In this document: positions 19,411 through 32,409 of the stretch, piece by piece | How positions within the stretch are numbered: position 1 is the first letter of the stretch | Layout of the letters: the number at the start of each line of letters is the position of its first letter | Assembly (NCBI GenBank): GCA_965262915.1 | Contig: OZ253564.1 | Location: 4,864,001-4,928,000, forward strand | DNA: 64,000 nt | Direction of reading: 5' to 3' | DNA from: Candidatus Spongiisociaceae bacterium | Lineage (GTDB): Bacteria; Actinomycetota; Acidimicrobiia; Spongiisociales; Spongiisociaceae | Notes under the pieces: generated by a model | Databases searched by the model: none | Seen by the model: only the letters and a program-made list of their open reading frames with translations | Told to the model about the DNA's origin: nothing | Made by a program: the position numbers and the translations under genes

Positions 19411-20319
19411 ATGGCTTCCCAAGGATCACGCCTAGCCGTAATCGCTGCGCTGACCGCCAACTCAGCCATAGCGATAGCCAAGTTCGCAGCCGCCGTGATA
19501 ACCGGATCGGCGGCCATGCTGGCCGAAGGTATCCACTCGGTGGCCGACTCCGGAAACCAGGGAATGCTGCTATGGGGCATGGCGGCCTCCCGGCGCCGGG
19601 GCGGCTCGCTCCACCCGTTCGGGCGGGGTAAGGAGGTCTACTTCTGGAGCTTCATGGTGGCGGTCATGCTCTTCGTCGGGGGCTCGGTGTTCTCCGTGCA
19701 GCACGGTGTCAGCGCCCTCCGTGATCCCCACCCGGTGCAGAGCTTCCTCCTCTCGGTGGTGGTGCTGGCCGGAGCGCTCGTGTTCGAGGCCTTCTCGTTC
19801 GTCGTGGCGATCCGCGAGTTCAACCGGTCGCGCGGGTCCCGCTCGATATGGCGCTCGGTGCGCGAGTCCAAGGACGCCGCTCTGCTCGTCATCCTCTTCG
19901 AGGACTGCGCTGCGGTAGGTGGGCTGGTGGTCGCCATGGCCGGCGTGATCGCCTCCCACCTGACCGGCGATTCCCGGTGGGATGCCATGGCGTCCATCGC
20001 GATCGGCGTTCTGCTGGCCGTGGTGGCCATCTTCCTCGCTTTCGAGACCAAGGGCCTTCTCGTGGGTGAGGCCGCCGGACGCCGGGAACGCGCCACTATC
20101 CGCGCCACGGTTCTCGCCCATGGCAACGCCGAACGGGTGGGCAGGTTGCTTACCATGCACATGGGACCCGAGGAGATCCTTGTGAACCTGGATGTAGAAC
20201 TGGCGGACGGTCTGTCGGGCCAGGAGGTCCACCAGACCATCGAAGACATGGAAAACGACATCCGGAGCGCGATTCCGGCCGCCAAGAACATCTTCATCGA
20301 GACGAGGGCCGGCAAATGA
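19411..20319 (+). CDS. Cation diffusion facilitator transporter
   Basis: SAAMLAEGIHS.AD, HPFG.GKE.YFW, FED.AA, C-terminal dimerisation domain. Confidence 0.9.
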   Translation: MASQGSRLAVIAALTANSAIAIAKFAAAVITGSAAMLAEGIHSVADSGNQGMLLWGMAASRRRGGSLHPFGRGKEVYFWSFMVAVMLFVGGSVFSVQHGVSALRDPHPVQSFLLSVVVLAGALVFEAFSFVVAIREFNRSRGSRSIWRSVRESKDAALLVILFEDCAAVGGLVVAMAGVIASHLTGDSRWDAMASIAIGVLLAVVAIFLAFETKGLLVGEAAGRRERATIRATVLAHGNAERVGRLLTMHMGPEEILVNLDVELADGLSGQEVHQTIEDMENDIRSAIPAAKNIFIETRAGK

Positions 20320-21161
20320 GCAGCGCCTCTGCCCCGGCGTCGTCGGCCAACCTGGGGCCCGGCTTCGACACGCTCGCCCTGGCGCTGGACCTGCGGTGCC
20401 GGGTCCGTGCCCGACCGGCCGCATCCTGGTCGATACGGCACTCCGGTCCCGAGCCCTACCTGGGCAACTCGGAGGACGACGCCATCCTCAGGGCCGCCCG
20501 GCGGGTCAGTTCCCGGTCGCTGCAGGTCGAGGTCTCCAACCAGATCCCCCTCTGCCGTGGAATGGGATCGAGCGCGGCGGCCTTCGCCGCCGGGACCCTG
20601 GCCGCCCTGCGGGCCAACGGACACGACCCCGGCCAGGACGACCTGTTCCAATGTGTCAAAGAACTGGAGGGCCATCCCGACAATGCCGCCGCGGCCGTCT
20701 ACGGGGGGCTGGTGGCGGTGGTGCAGGGCTCGGTGATCCATCCTTCGATGTCATCGGAGTTGGTTCCGGTCCTGGCCGTGCCCTCCTTCGAGTTGAAGAC
20801 CAGCGACTCGAGGAAGATGATCCCGGCTTCGGTTCCGGTCGGAACCACCGTACGCACGATCGGCCGGGTCGCCGCCCTGCTGGAGGGTCTGCGCACCGGG
20901 TCGGGCCGGATGCTGGAGTTGGCCCGGGGTGACGAGATCCACGAAGCCCCGCGCAGCGCCCACAACCCCTGCGTGGCAAAACTGATGGCGACCGCCCTGG
21001 AAGTGGGGGCGCTCCATGCCTGCCTTTCGGGAGCAGGTCCTTCGGTGCTGTGCCTCGTACATGAAGATCACGTACCGTCGGTTGTCTCCGCCCTCGAATC
21101 CTGTATCGACTCGGGAGGCAGGGTGATGGTCCTGGCACCCGACACCTTCGGCGCCCGCTAA
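20316..21161 (+). CDS. thrB: Homoserine kinase
   Basis: PASSANLGPGFD, IP..RGMGSSAA, EGHPDN, LSGAGPSV. Confidence 0.95.
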   Translation: MSSASAPASSANLGPGFDTLALALDLRCRVRARPAASWSIRHSGPEPYLGNSEDDAILRAARRVSSRSLQVEVSNQIPLCRGMGSSAAAFAAGTLAALRANGHDPGQDDLFQCVKELEGHPDNAAAAVYGGLVAVVQGSVIHPSMSSELVPVLAVPSFELKTSDSRKMIPASVPVGTTVRTIGRVAALLEGLRTGSGRMLELARGDEIHEAPRSAHNPCVAKLMATALEVGALHACLSGAGPSVLCLVHEDHVPSVVSALESCIDSGGRVMVLAPDTFGAR

Positions 21162-21170
21162 CGGGCGCGC

Positions 21171-21263
21171 CTAGCTCTTTTTTTTGTGCCGGTTTGCCTT
21201 GATCCTTTTGCGGTACTTGTGCTTGCTCATTTTCTTGCGGCGTTTCTTGATCAACGAGCCCAT
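21171..21263 (-). CDS. 30S ribosomal protein bS22 (AURKAIP1/COX24 family), 30 aa, absent from the ORF track
   Basis: Translation MGSLIKKRRKKMSKHKYRKRIKANRHKKKS*. Confidence 0.9.
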   Translation of the reverse strand: MGSLIKKRRKKMSKHKYRKRIKANRHKKKS

Positions 21264-21436
21264 GCACATCCTTGGTCAGCCGGAGGGCCGATTCTTGCCG
21301 GTAACGGGGCGGGCCGCAAGCGCGAAACATGACCTCGACCCTCTCCACCGACAAAAAGAGTGGCCGGTGGCCATTGCATGACAGAGCCCACGAGCCGCAG
21401 AAGGATCAAGAGAATTACTGACGGAAGTCGAGAGAA

Positions 21437-21676
21437 CCGCTCGCGAAAACTGAGCCACACGAGGGGGTTGATCCTTTCACAGGTATGTTGCACTATGGAC
21501 GTACCAAACACCTGGTCGGTCTCGAACCGGACGTCATTCGACCGCCCGAGGGATCAAGAATCTCGGAACCGGAGAGCCCCCTTCCGGGCGGGCCGAACGT
21601 ACTCCGAGCCCTGGCAAGGTGGCAGTGGGGGCGGGCCCGATGGAGGGGTGGGCGGCGGCGTTTTTCGCGGTCTGCT
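21437..21676. repeat. MITE-like dispersed repeat, copy 1
   Basis: Homologous to 41651-41886 (ggttga.cct.tcacagg, taccaaaca, ctcgaac, cattcgaccgcccgagg.atca.gaat.tcggaacc, gaggggtggg..gcgtttttcgcg). Ends cgcgaaaac/gtttttcgcg are inverted. Confidence 0.75.
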
Positions 21677-21857
21677 GGTGCAACCCGGGGCCGAGCGGCT
21701 AGGCGGGAAGGGTGGTCTCCATCGCCGATCCTCCGCTCGCGGCCGGACTTCGCCCGTTCGGTCGAGTGCCCGGTTGTGGCTGCGAATCTCAGCAACCGCT
21801 GCGGGACCCGGGCGGCAGAGGCCGGGGTCACCCCCGCACGCTGTTACTCGCCGGCCC

Positions 21858-22703
21858 TCAATTCGGGTTGCGTAGGAACCGCTCGATGTCCTCGACCATC
21901 CGGCGACTATCCCCCTTCGAGATCACCCGGCTCTCGCTCTCCCTCTCCAGCCGTTCGACGTAGGCGACCAACTCCGCCGATTCGGCCACCGCCTCCCGGA
22001 CCTGGGCCTCGTAACCAGCCACCTCCTCGTCGAGTTCGCCGACATCGAAGCGCCAACCGAGTACGTCACCCAGGGCAAAAAGGAGGGCCCGGGTGCCGGT
22101 CGGGCTCGGATTACCGGCCAGATAATGGGGTAATCCGGCCCAAATCCCGGATGCCTCGATCCCCTCTTCGGCCAGCTTGGTCGTTATGACCCCTGTGATC
22201 CCGGTCGGCCCCTCGTAGGTGGAGGGGTGAATACCCAACCGCAGCGCGAAGTCGGGATCGTCCGAACTGCCGAAGATCGGAACCGGGAGCGTGTGCGGTA
22301 TCTGGCCAACGAAAGCCCCCAGGGCTACCGCCCGGCGGACGTCGAGACGGCGGAGGACCGCTGTCACATCGGCGCAGAACCGGCGCCAGCGATGATGCGG
22401 TTCTTCTCCGATCACCAGAACGAGATCATGGACATGGTCGGGAAGTGGTAACCCGAAGAACCCCGTCGCCGGCCAGTGGATCTGCCTCACGGTCCGGTCG
22501 ATGGAGACCAGGGGCCGGGTCACCTGGTAGTTGATGTAGGGCTCGAGGTCGAGTTGCGCGATGGGTATCTCACCGTGCTGCTCCATGAGGTAGTAGAGCA
22601 CCCTCGAGGCGGCGTCGGCGGCGTCATTCCAGCCCTCGAAGGCCAGAACCGCCACCGGGTCGCGCAAGGTTGGTTCCTCGACCCACTCGATGTCGGTAGG
22701 CAC
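21858..22703 (-). CDS. PAC2 family (proteasome assembly chaperone-like) protein
   Basis: AFEGWNDAADAAS, RP, GEEP..RW, PHT.P, YEGPTGI, PHY motifs. Confidence 0.9.
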   Translation of the reverse strand: MPTDIEWVEEPTLRDPVAVLAFEGWNDAADAASRVLYYLMEQHGEIPIAQLDLEPYINYQVTRPLVSIDRTVRQIHWPATGFFGLPLPDHVHDLVLVIGEEPHHRWRRFCADVTAVLRRLDVRRAVALGAFVGQIPHTLPVPIFGSSDDPDFALRLGIHPSTYEGPTGITGVITTKLAEEGIEASGIWAGLPHYLAGNPSPTGTRALLFALGDVLGWRFDVGELDEEVAGYEAQVREAVAESAELVAYVERLERESESRVISKGDSRRMVEDIERFLRNPN

Positions 22704-22752
22704 GGCCTTCAGAGTAGCTGTCTACCTGTGCATCCGGGTAGGTAGCGACCCA

Positions 22753-24951
<2,199 letters not shown>

Positions 24952-25050
24952 CTCCGGGCTCCGCGAAACGGTGGCGACGTGCCACCGGAACCGGAATTCT
25001 ACAGGCCTCGGCAACCTTCCGGCATCGCTGCGCCGAGGCGTTGGCCCCGG

Positions 25051-26075
25051 CTACCGGGACCGGGAAAGAAGAGACATGTCCCTCGCGATCACCTCAACGG
25101 GTTCGGGGAAGTGGCAGGCCACCGGATGGCTGTTGTCCCGGTCCACGAGTTCCGGCGGCTCGATTGCACAGATTGCCTGCGCCTTCCAGCAGCGGGTACG
25201 GAAGCTGCATCCCGAGGGTGCTCTCTCAGGGCTCGGGACGTCGCCCGTGAGGACGATCCGGCGGCGTTCTCGCTTACCACCGGATCCGGCTCCGGTACGG
25301 CCGACAACAGGGCCTGCGTGTAAGGATGGCGGGGATTCCGGTAGATCTCGTCCCGGTCTCCGGTCTCGACGATCTTCCCCAGATACATCACCGATACGAC
25401 ATGGGCGATCTGCCGCACCACGGCCAGATCGTGAGCGATGAAGAGGTAGGCGACTCCAAGTCGGGTCTGGATGTCCTGGAGCAGGTTGATGATCTGTGCC
25501 TGGATCGACACGTCGAGCGCCGAAACGGGTTCATCGGCGACTACCAGCTTCGGTTCCAGCGCGAGAGCCCGGGCGATTCCTATACGTTGCCGCTGACCGC
25601 CGGAGAACTCGTGCGGGTAGAGGTCCAGGTGCTCCGGGCTCAGACCAACCGTCTCGAGCAACTCCTGCGCTCGGCGCAACCGTTCGGGTCGATCGTACAT
25701 TCGGTGCACGCGCCAGGGCTCGGTGAGGATCGAGCGGACTTTCTTGCGAGGATTCAGAGCGGCGTAGGGATCTTGGAAGACGATCTGCATATCGCGTCGC
25801 AACATCCGCAGCGTCCTGCGATCGCAACGATGGACATCGACTCCGCGGAACGACACCCTGCCCCTGGTCGGCTCCAGGAGACGCAGGATCAGGCGTCCCG
25901 TCGTGGACTTCCCACAACCCGACTCACCGACCAAGCCATGCGTTTCGCCGGGGTTCACCACGATGCTCACACCGTCTACGGCCTTCACCGCGCCGACTCG
26001 ACGCTCGAACACCGCACCCTTGGTCATCGTGAAGTACTTGGCGAGATCACGGGTGACGAGCAACGGGTCAGCCAC
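25051..26075 (-). pseudogene. Oligopeptide ABC ATPase (OppF-like), frameshifted near 25280
   Basis: [20 protein letters not shown]. The C-terminal [19 protein letters not shown] continues in another frame. Confidence 0.8.
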
Positions 26076-27030
26076 GGATCTCCTCCGCCCGATGGCAGGC
26101 GACCCGCCCCGCGTAGCCCTCGATCGGCCGCAGTCGGGGCATCTCGGTCCGGCACCGCTCCGTCGTGTAGGGACACCTGGGGTTGAACGCGCACCCGGGC
26201 ACAACCTCGGTGAGGCTCGGCGGCGAGCCCCGGATCGGTTCGAGGCGGAGATGCGGACCGCTGAGCCGGGGAACCGACTCGAGGAGGCCCTGGGCGTAGG
26301 GATGTGCGGGTGCGGCGTAGAAATCGCTCGCCGGACCGCTCTCCACCGTCCGGCCCGCATACATCAGATGGACGCGGTCGGCGACCCACGCGACCACGCC
26401 GAGATCGTGAGTGATCAGGATCAGTCCCATATGGTTCTCAGCCTGCAGCCCGGCCAACAACTCCATGATCTGAGCCTGGACCGTGACATCGAGTGCAGTG
26501 GTCGGCTCGTCGGCGATGAGCACGCTGGGTTCGAGGGCGAGGGCCATCGCGATCATGACCCGTTGTCGCATCCCTCCTGAGAACTGATGGGGATAGTGGT
26601 CGGCCCGGCGGTGTGGATCGGGAATGCCCACCCGGTCCATCAACTCGATCGCGCGCCGGCGGGCTGCGCGTCGCGCCAAGCCCCGGTGGGCCCTGAACAT
26701 CTCCCCGATCTGGTGCGCGACCGTGAACACCGGGTTCAGGGAGGTGAGCGGGTCCTGGAAGATCATCGCGATTTTCTCGCCCCGCACCCGGCGCCGCTCT
26801 CGGGCCGTGAGTTCCTGCAGATCCCGGTCGCGGAAACGTATGCCATTGCACGTGACCACTCCCGGTGGTGAGGGGACGATGCCCATGAGGGCCAGCGCGG
26901 TAACTGTCTTACCGCTTCCCGACTCCCCGATCAGTGCAACCGTCTCACCTGCTCTCAGGCTAAGTGATATATCGGAGACAGCCCGGACTGTGCGGGTTCC
27001 GGTAACGAACTCGACGTTCAGGCTGTCCAC
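26068..27030 (-). CDS. Oligopeptide ABC ATPase (OppD-like); 5' end possibly frameshifted
   Basis: [30 protein letters not shown]. No permease or binding-protein genes adjacent. Confidence 0.85.
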   Translation of the reverse strand: MDSLNVEFVTGTRTVRAVSDISLSLRAGETVALIGESGSGKTVTALALMGIVPSPPGVVTCNGIRFRDRDLQELTARERRRVRGEKIAMIFQDPLTSLNPVFTVAHQIGEMFRAHRGLARRAARRRAIELMDRVGIPDPHRRADHYPHQFSGGMRQRVMIAMALALEPSVLIADEPTTALDVTVQAQIMELLAGLQAENHMGLILITHDLGVVAWVADRVHLMYAGRTVESGPASDFYAAPAHPYAQGLLESVPRLSGPHLRLEPIRGSPPSLTEVVPGCAFNPRCPYTTERCRTEMPRLRPIEGYAGRVACHRAEEIRG

Positions 27031-27142
27031 TTCGAGCCTTGGAGGAGTTCAGGGGGGCCGGGGTCGACATCCCGTTGCTCGCGCCGTCATGGTCCAATCC
27101 CGATACCCGCGCGGAATACCTGGCGCTGGCCGACCTCGCCAC

Positions 27143-28610
27143 ATGAGTCGACGATCGAGGACAACAAGAGGATCAGCGACATCCTGCTGACCGATGCGGT
27201 AGTGCTCACCATGGATCCGGCCCGTACGGCCTACAGCAACGGGTACGTCTGGATTCGAAACGACAGTATCCAGGAGGTGGGCGCAATGCCCGCTCCGACC
27301 ACCCTTCCTGCCGGGACCGCGATCCGGTCGATGAACAAACGGCACCTGGTCATGCCTGGCCTGATCAACGCCCACAACCACATCTCGAATCACGTCGTGA
27401 GGGGTACGTTCGATGAGGGCTCGAGGGAGGACTACGGGACGCGGATGTTCGCGGCTCTCCGAGCTCTCGATGGGGACGCCTCGTATGCCGGCGCCCTGAG
27501 CTCTCTCGTCGAGCAGCTCTGCGGTGGGATCAACCACCACCCAGGCCGGCGAGTTCGGGCACGTGGACCGACCTGCGGGGGTGCTCAGGGCAATCCACGA
27601 TGCCGGGCTGCGCGCTGTCTTCTCGCTGGCCGTCATGGATAGCGCGGGACGAGACAGTCGACTCGCAAACGGTACCGCAGGAGTTCCGCGAGGCGCCTTC
27701 AAAGGCCGTCACTCGCCTCGAGGCTCTGGAGCGCCGGTTCGGTTCGACCCTGGCAACCGTTGCCCCCGAGGTCCTCTCGCCGATGAGATGCACACCGGAG
27801 ATGATCCGGACGCTACATGCCTACTCCGTCGCGCGTGGCGTGCCCCTGTTCATGCACGTGGGCGCGGCCAGGGACGAGATGGATGAGTCCGTGCGTCGTT
27901 ACGGGATGACGACCGTGGAGTTCCTCGAAAGCCTCGGGGTGCTCGGCCCCAGAACCGTGCTCGCTCATGCCAACTACATCACCAACGAGGAGAACGGCCT
28001 GCTCGCCCGGTACGGAACCGGGGTGGCACACTGCCCGGTGGCCAACATCTGGGCCGGGGGCCGGATCCCGATGCTCGCGGAGTGGGTGGCGGCCGGTGTC
28101 CGCGTTGGGTTGGGAACCGACGGGGCGACCAGCAACAACGGTCAGGACCTCTGGGAGACCGCGAAGATGGCGGTGCTGTTGCAGAAGACGCGGCTGGCCG
28201 ACCGTACCTACGCCTCGGCGGAGTTGGGACTCGAGTTGTTGACCATCGGAGGTGCCCGGGCGCTGCACATGGAGGACCGCATCGGGTCGCTGGAACCGGG
28301 CAAACAGGCCGATGTGATCTGCATCGACATCGACCGGCCGGCTCTCACCCCGCGCGCCACCGTGACCTCGAACCTCGTCTACTCACATGACCGGGCTGCG
28401 GTTCGCCACGTTTACGTCGGCGGAGTCGAGCAGCTTCGCGACGGAGAGCCGGTCAACCTCGATGTCGGAGCCGTGGCCCGTCTGGTCGAGGAACAGGCCG
28501 GCCGGGTCCTGTCCGCGCCCGGCGTCGGGCAAGGATTCGCCGAGCGCTCACGGATGCGATGGGCGGAAAGGAACCTGTCCCTGGAGGGAGAACGTCAGCG
28601 GGCGATGTGA
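27143..28610 (+). pseudogene. Amidohydrolase (MTA/SAH-deaminase-like), frameshifted
   Basis: PGLINAHNH in ORF 27202, middle in ORF 27524, and HCP..N, GTDG, GSLEPGKQAD in ORF 27600; at least two frameshifts (~27530, ~27665). Confidence 0.8.
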
Positions 28611-28648
28611 GCGAACTGCTTGGCAACCGGCGGTACGGGGTGCCGCCG

Positions 28649-29452
28649 TCAGGTCCGCCCAAGGAAGTCGAGCACCATAGCTGCGAAAGCCTCCGGGTCC
28701 TCCGCTCCCGGGAAGTTGCCATAGCCCTCTTCGACGCTGGTCTCCCAGGCAGGAAACAACTTTCCGGTGGCCTCCAGTTCCTCCACGTAGTACTGGTCGT
28801 GCCGTCCTGCCGTTAGCAACACCGCGTCCCCGAGCAAGCGCATGCGGTCCTGGATACGAGGCAAGTAGCGGGGAACCAAATCGGGGAACTGTGGCCGGTT
28901 CTTGCTCGCCAACGCCAGCAGGACCGTCGGGAAGACCTGTTCGAGCCTGGCGTCCGGCACCGACCAGGCCGAGTACCCGTCCCAGGTGTCGATCATGATC
29001 TGCCGCCCATCTACGGGGCCCTCCGGTTTGGGCATCGCCGCCGCTCTTGCTCGGGCGGCAACCCGCCGGGCTTCGAAACGCTCCGGCCACGCGGCACAGC
29101 CGTTGAGCACGACCCGCTCGACGCGGCCGGGATCCATTGCGGCCACTTCGACCGCCATGATGGCGCCGTCGTGGTGTCCCACCAAGCTGGTCCGGCCGAT
29201 TTCGAGTTCATCGAGCAACACCAACATGGCGCGAGCAAAGTCCTCGATCTCGTATTCCCGAGCCGGGTCGTAGCTGGTACCCCGCCCCGGCATGTCCCAG
29301 GCGACTACCCGGTAGTGTCGGGCGAGGATCGGCATGACCTTGGAATACTCGGCGGCAGCGGTAGGAGACTGGTGAAGGAGCAGCACGGCTTCGCCTGCTC
29401 CTTCGGACCAGTAATGGATCTGCCCTTCAAGCGAATCGACGTAGCCGCGCAT
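28649..29452 (-). CDS. Alpha/beta hydrolase
   Basis: LLLHQSP, DMPGRG.S; the nucleophile elbow reads GHHDG (non-Ser). Confidence 0.8.
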   Translation of the reverse strand: MRGYVDSLEGQIHYWSEGAGEAVLLLHQSPTAAAEYSKVMPILARHYRVVAWDMPGRGTSYDPAREYEIEDFARAMLVLLDELEIGRTSLVGHHDGAIMAVEVAAMDPGRVERVVLNGCAAWPERFEARRVAARARAAAMPKPEGPVDGRQIMIDTWDGYSAWSVPDARLEQVFPTVLLALASKNRPQFPDLVPRYLPRIQDRMRLLGDAVLLTAGRHDQYYVEELEATGKLFPAWETSVEEGYGNFPGAEDPEAFAAMVLDFLGRT

Positions 29453-29601
29453 GCCACCCATTCTCCTCGGTCGCTGTCTCTTCCACGCTCCAAGAGGCGC
29501 CCAACCGGCAGGCTAGCCGCCCGCCCGGCGGTTGATGACAGACTTCCACGTCAACGGCCGTCGGGCCAACCATGTCGCCCTTTTTTGGGGGCACCCTCCT
29601 A

Positions 29602-29850
29602 TTAGGAGAGGAGGGAAATGGTGTAGCCGACTTTGGTGACCGCCTCGACGATGGTGTCGGTGGAGGCAGCGGAGGTAAGTGTGACCCGCGCCTGGCTCGA
29701 AGCGAGATCGACCACCGCCCCGTCAACGCCTTCCTGGCCGGCCAGGACCTGCTCGACGCGCGCCACACAAGAACCACAACTCATCCCTCCGACCCTGAAG
29801 ACCACATCCCGCGTGGCCATATCATGGGTCCCTTGGTTAGGTTCTTGCAT
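29602..29850 (-). CDS. copZ: Heavy-metal-associated (CopZ-like) chaperone
   Basis: GMSCGSC; paralogous to the CopA N-terminal HMA domain. Confidence 0.85.
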   Translation of the reverse strand: MQEPNQGTHDMATRDVVFRVGGMSCGSCVARVEQVLAGQEGVDGAVVDLASSQARVTLTSAASTDTIVEAVTKVGYTISLLS

Positions 29851-30053
29851 GTCGAATCTCCTGCCATTCCCGTGCCAGAATCAAGCCTACCGGCTCGTCC
29901 GGTCACATGAACCGATGGTCTGCCTGCCAAACTAGTGCCCTGTCGCTGCCGGCAAGACCACCGGGCATTGTTTTGTGTCGCCGAATGTATCTGTCCCGGA
30001 ACAAGACCGGGGTGCACAGCGTTATACAGGTTAGTAACCGGAAAGGAGTACTC

Positions 30054-30245
30054 GTGGCTGACACACTCGGGGGCGCTCACCTGCGCGGACGCAACCGCCC
30101 GTCGCGCTCGTACGCGGCAGGACGGGTATGCATGAAGCGCGGTTGCTCCACGAAGATTTCCATCTACAATCGCCGGGAGTACTGCAACGCACACGCTCCC
30201 GTGAACTTCCCCAGGGTACGCGGCCACGTCCTCACAAAGGTTTGA
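30054..30245 (+). CDS. Small putative zinc-binding protein (63 aa)
   Basis: Strong SD ggaaaggag before GTG; C-x4-C...C-x2-H (RVCMKRGC..SIYN..YCNAH). Confidence 0.75.
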   Translation: MADTLGGAHLRGRNRPSRSYAAGRVCMKRGCSTKISIYNRREYCNAHAPVNFPRVRGHVLTKV

Positions 30246-30294
30246 GGAGGTAGGCGCCGGTGGCCGGGAGGCCGGCCTTCCGAGCGGTGATCGC

Positions 30295-32250
30295 TCAGCC
30301 GGCGATGCCCAGTTTCTTGAGGAAGGCATCCTTGCGGGGTTCCCGCCCCAAGAAGTCCCTCAGTAGCTGGTAGGCATCCCTGGTACCACCGGGCTCCAGT
30401 ACCTTGCGCCGGTACTCCATTCCCACCTCGGGAGAGAGGACGCCCTCCTCGGCGAAGCGGCTGAACATGTCCTGGCCGAACACCTCCGCCCACAGGTATC
30501 CGTAGTAGCCGGCGTCGTAGCCACCGAGCAGGTGGCCGAACGAGGCGAGCATGTAGGTGCCCTCGTGGTGGCTGAGAAGGCCGATCCCGGCTCGCCGGCG
30601 CAGCATCGCGTGATGATCGACCGGCTCCAGGGTGGTGTGGAGATCCATGTCTATCTGTCCGAGCACCATCTGGCGGAGGTTGAAGAGAGCCATGTTCAGA
30701 TCTCTGGCCTCGGCCAGGCGGGTGACCAGTTCTTCGGGGATCGGCTCACCGGTGGCATGGTGGCGGGCGAAGGTTTGGAGCACTTCGGGGATCCAGCACC
30801 AGTTCTCCATTATCTGGGACGGCGCCTCGACGAAGTCCCACTCTGTCTTGGCGCCGCTGAAGCGGGAGAGGTCGGCCTGTGACACCGATGAGTGCAGGAT
30901 GTGGCCGAACTCGTGGAAGAGCGTCACGACCTCGTCGTGGAGGAGCAGCGCCGGCTGCCCGTCGGTCGGTCGGGTCAGGTTGGCCACGATGGCGCTGACA
31001 GGGCGGTGCGACCTTCCCTCGAGGTCGACCCCGCTCGGAACCAGCGGGAAGGCCGCGGCGTGGCTGAACTTGCCCTCCCTCGGGTGCAGGTCCATGTAGA
31101 AATGGGCAACCAGGTCGCCGGAGGCCGAGTCGGTCATGCGGTAGGCGAACACGTCCTCGTGCCAGACGGGGATGTCGACAGGTTCGTAGGTGAGGCCGAA
31201 CACCCTCTGGGTGATGTCGAACATGCCGGCCAGCACCCGGTCGAGGGGGAAGTAGGCGGCCACCGCGATCGGGTCGATCCCGTAGTCCCGCTTCATCTGC
31301 TCGGTATGGCAGTAGGCGCGGTCCCATGGCCGGACCGGCAGTTCGTGACCCTCCGATACGAGCAGGCCACCCATCGCGGCCACCTCATCGTGACCGGCCT
31401 CGCCGAGGGGTCCCAGCATGGATGCGTAGAAGTCGGCCACCGCCTCCGGTCGCTTCGCCATCTTGGTCTGCATGCTGTGGTGCGCCCAGGACGGCACCCC
31501 GAAGGCAGACGCTATCTCCGCCCGGATGCGCAGAGCCTCCTCCAGCACCGGGGTGTTCTCCTCCCGCGCCCGGTTACCGAACTTGAACGCCAGGACCTCC
31601 CGCAGGTCACGGCGGGGGGAGTTCTCCATGAACGGGACGAAGTCCGGGTAGGCCATCGTGATCCGGTGGGCGCCCTCCGTCGAGCCGGTGGCCAGGCGGG
31701 CAACGTAGGAGTGGGGCAGGCCTTCAAGATCGTCGTCCGTCACCTCGAGGTAGTCGACGTACTCGGCCAGGTTGGCGGAGAAGGCGACTTGCAGCCCGAC
31801 CAGGCGGGTCCGGAGTTCCCGGACCCGGGCCCGCATCTCCCCTTCCAGTTCATGGCCGGCCATCCGGAAGTCCCGCATGGCATGCTCCAGCGCCCGGGCA
31901 CATTCTCCGACCAGGCCGGCGGCCTCTCCGGTGGCCGCGTAGGCCCTGACGGCCTCGTACACGTCCCGGCGGGAGATCAGATCGAGGGCCCACTTCTGGA
32001 GGCGTTCCTGGGCCTGGCGGGCGGAGTTGCGGGTCGCTTCATCGGTCGAGACCTCTCCCAGGAACGGGCCTCGCCCGTACGCGATGGCACCGATGCGGCG
32101 CACCTCCTCGCAAGGACGCAGGGTGTTGTCGAAGGTCCTGGGGCCTTGTTCGGCGAGGAGTCCGTCGATCAGCAACCCACTGCGGGAAATGGCTGTCTCG
32201 ACCACGTCGGATACCGACTCGGCCGTAACGGAGGAGTAATCGAACAACAT
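30295..32250 (-). CDS. M3 family metallopeptidase (thimet/oligopeptidase A-like)
   Basis: FHEFGH, DFVEAPSQ..E, DLHPREGK, GYYGYLWAEV. Confidence 0.93.
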   Translation of the reverse strand: MLFDYSSVTAESVSDVVETAISRSGLLIDGLLAEQGPRTFDNTLRPCEEVRRIGAIAYGRGPFLGEVSTDEATRNSARQAQERLQKWALDLISRRDVYEAVRAYAATGEAAGLVGECARALEHAMRDFRMAGHELEGEMRARVRELRTRLVGLQVAFSANLAEYVDYLEVTDDDLEGLPHSYVARLATGSTEGAHRITMAYPDFVPFMENSPRRDLREVLAFKFGNRAREENTPVLEEALRIRAEIASAFGVPSWAHHSMQTKMAKRPEAVADFYASMLGPLGEAGHDEVAAMGGLLVSEGHELPVRPWDRAYCHTEQMKRDYGIDPIAVAAYFPLDRVLAGMFDITQRVFGLTYEPVDIPVWHEDVFAYRMTDSASGDLVAHFYMDLHPREGKFSHAAAFPLVPSGVDLEGRSHRPVSAIVANLTRPTDGQPALLLHDEVVTLFHEFGHILHSSVSQADLSRFSGAKTEWDFVEAPSQIMENWCWIPEVLQTFARHHATGEPIPEELVTRLAEARDLNMALFNLRQMVLGQIDMDLHTTLEPVDHHAMLRRRAGIGLLSHHEGTYMLASFGHLLGGYDAGYYGYLWAEVFGQDMFSRFAEEGVLSPEVGMEYRRKVLEPGGTRDAYQLLRDFLGREPRKDAFLKKLGIAG

Positions 32251-32409
32251 CCCGCGCAATCTAGTGGCCTGTCCGTGGAATTGCGCCGTGGCATGCGCCG
32301 GCAGCGGCCTTCCTCGCAAGGCCCGCCGACGAAGGCGTACCTGCAGCCCGGGTCGAGGAGGCGCCGGAGGCCATCAACCAGCGGCTGTGACCCGACGGAC
32401 CACCGGCCG

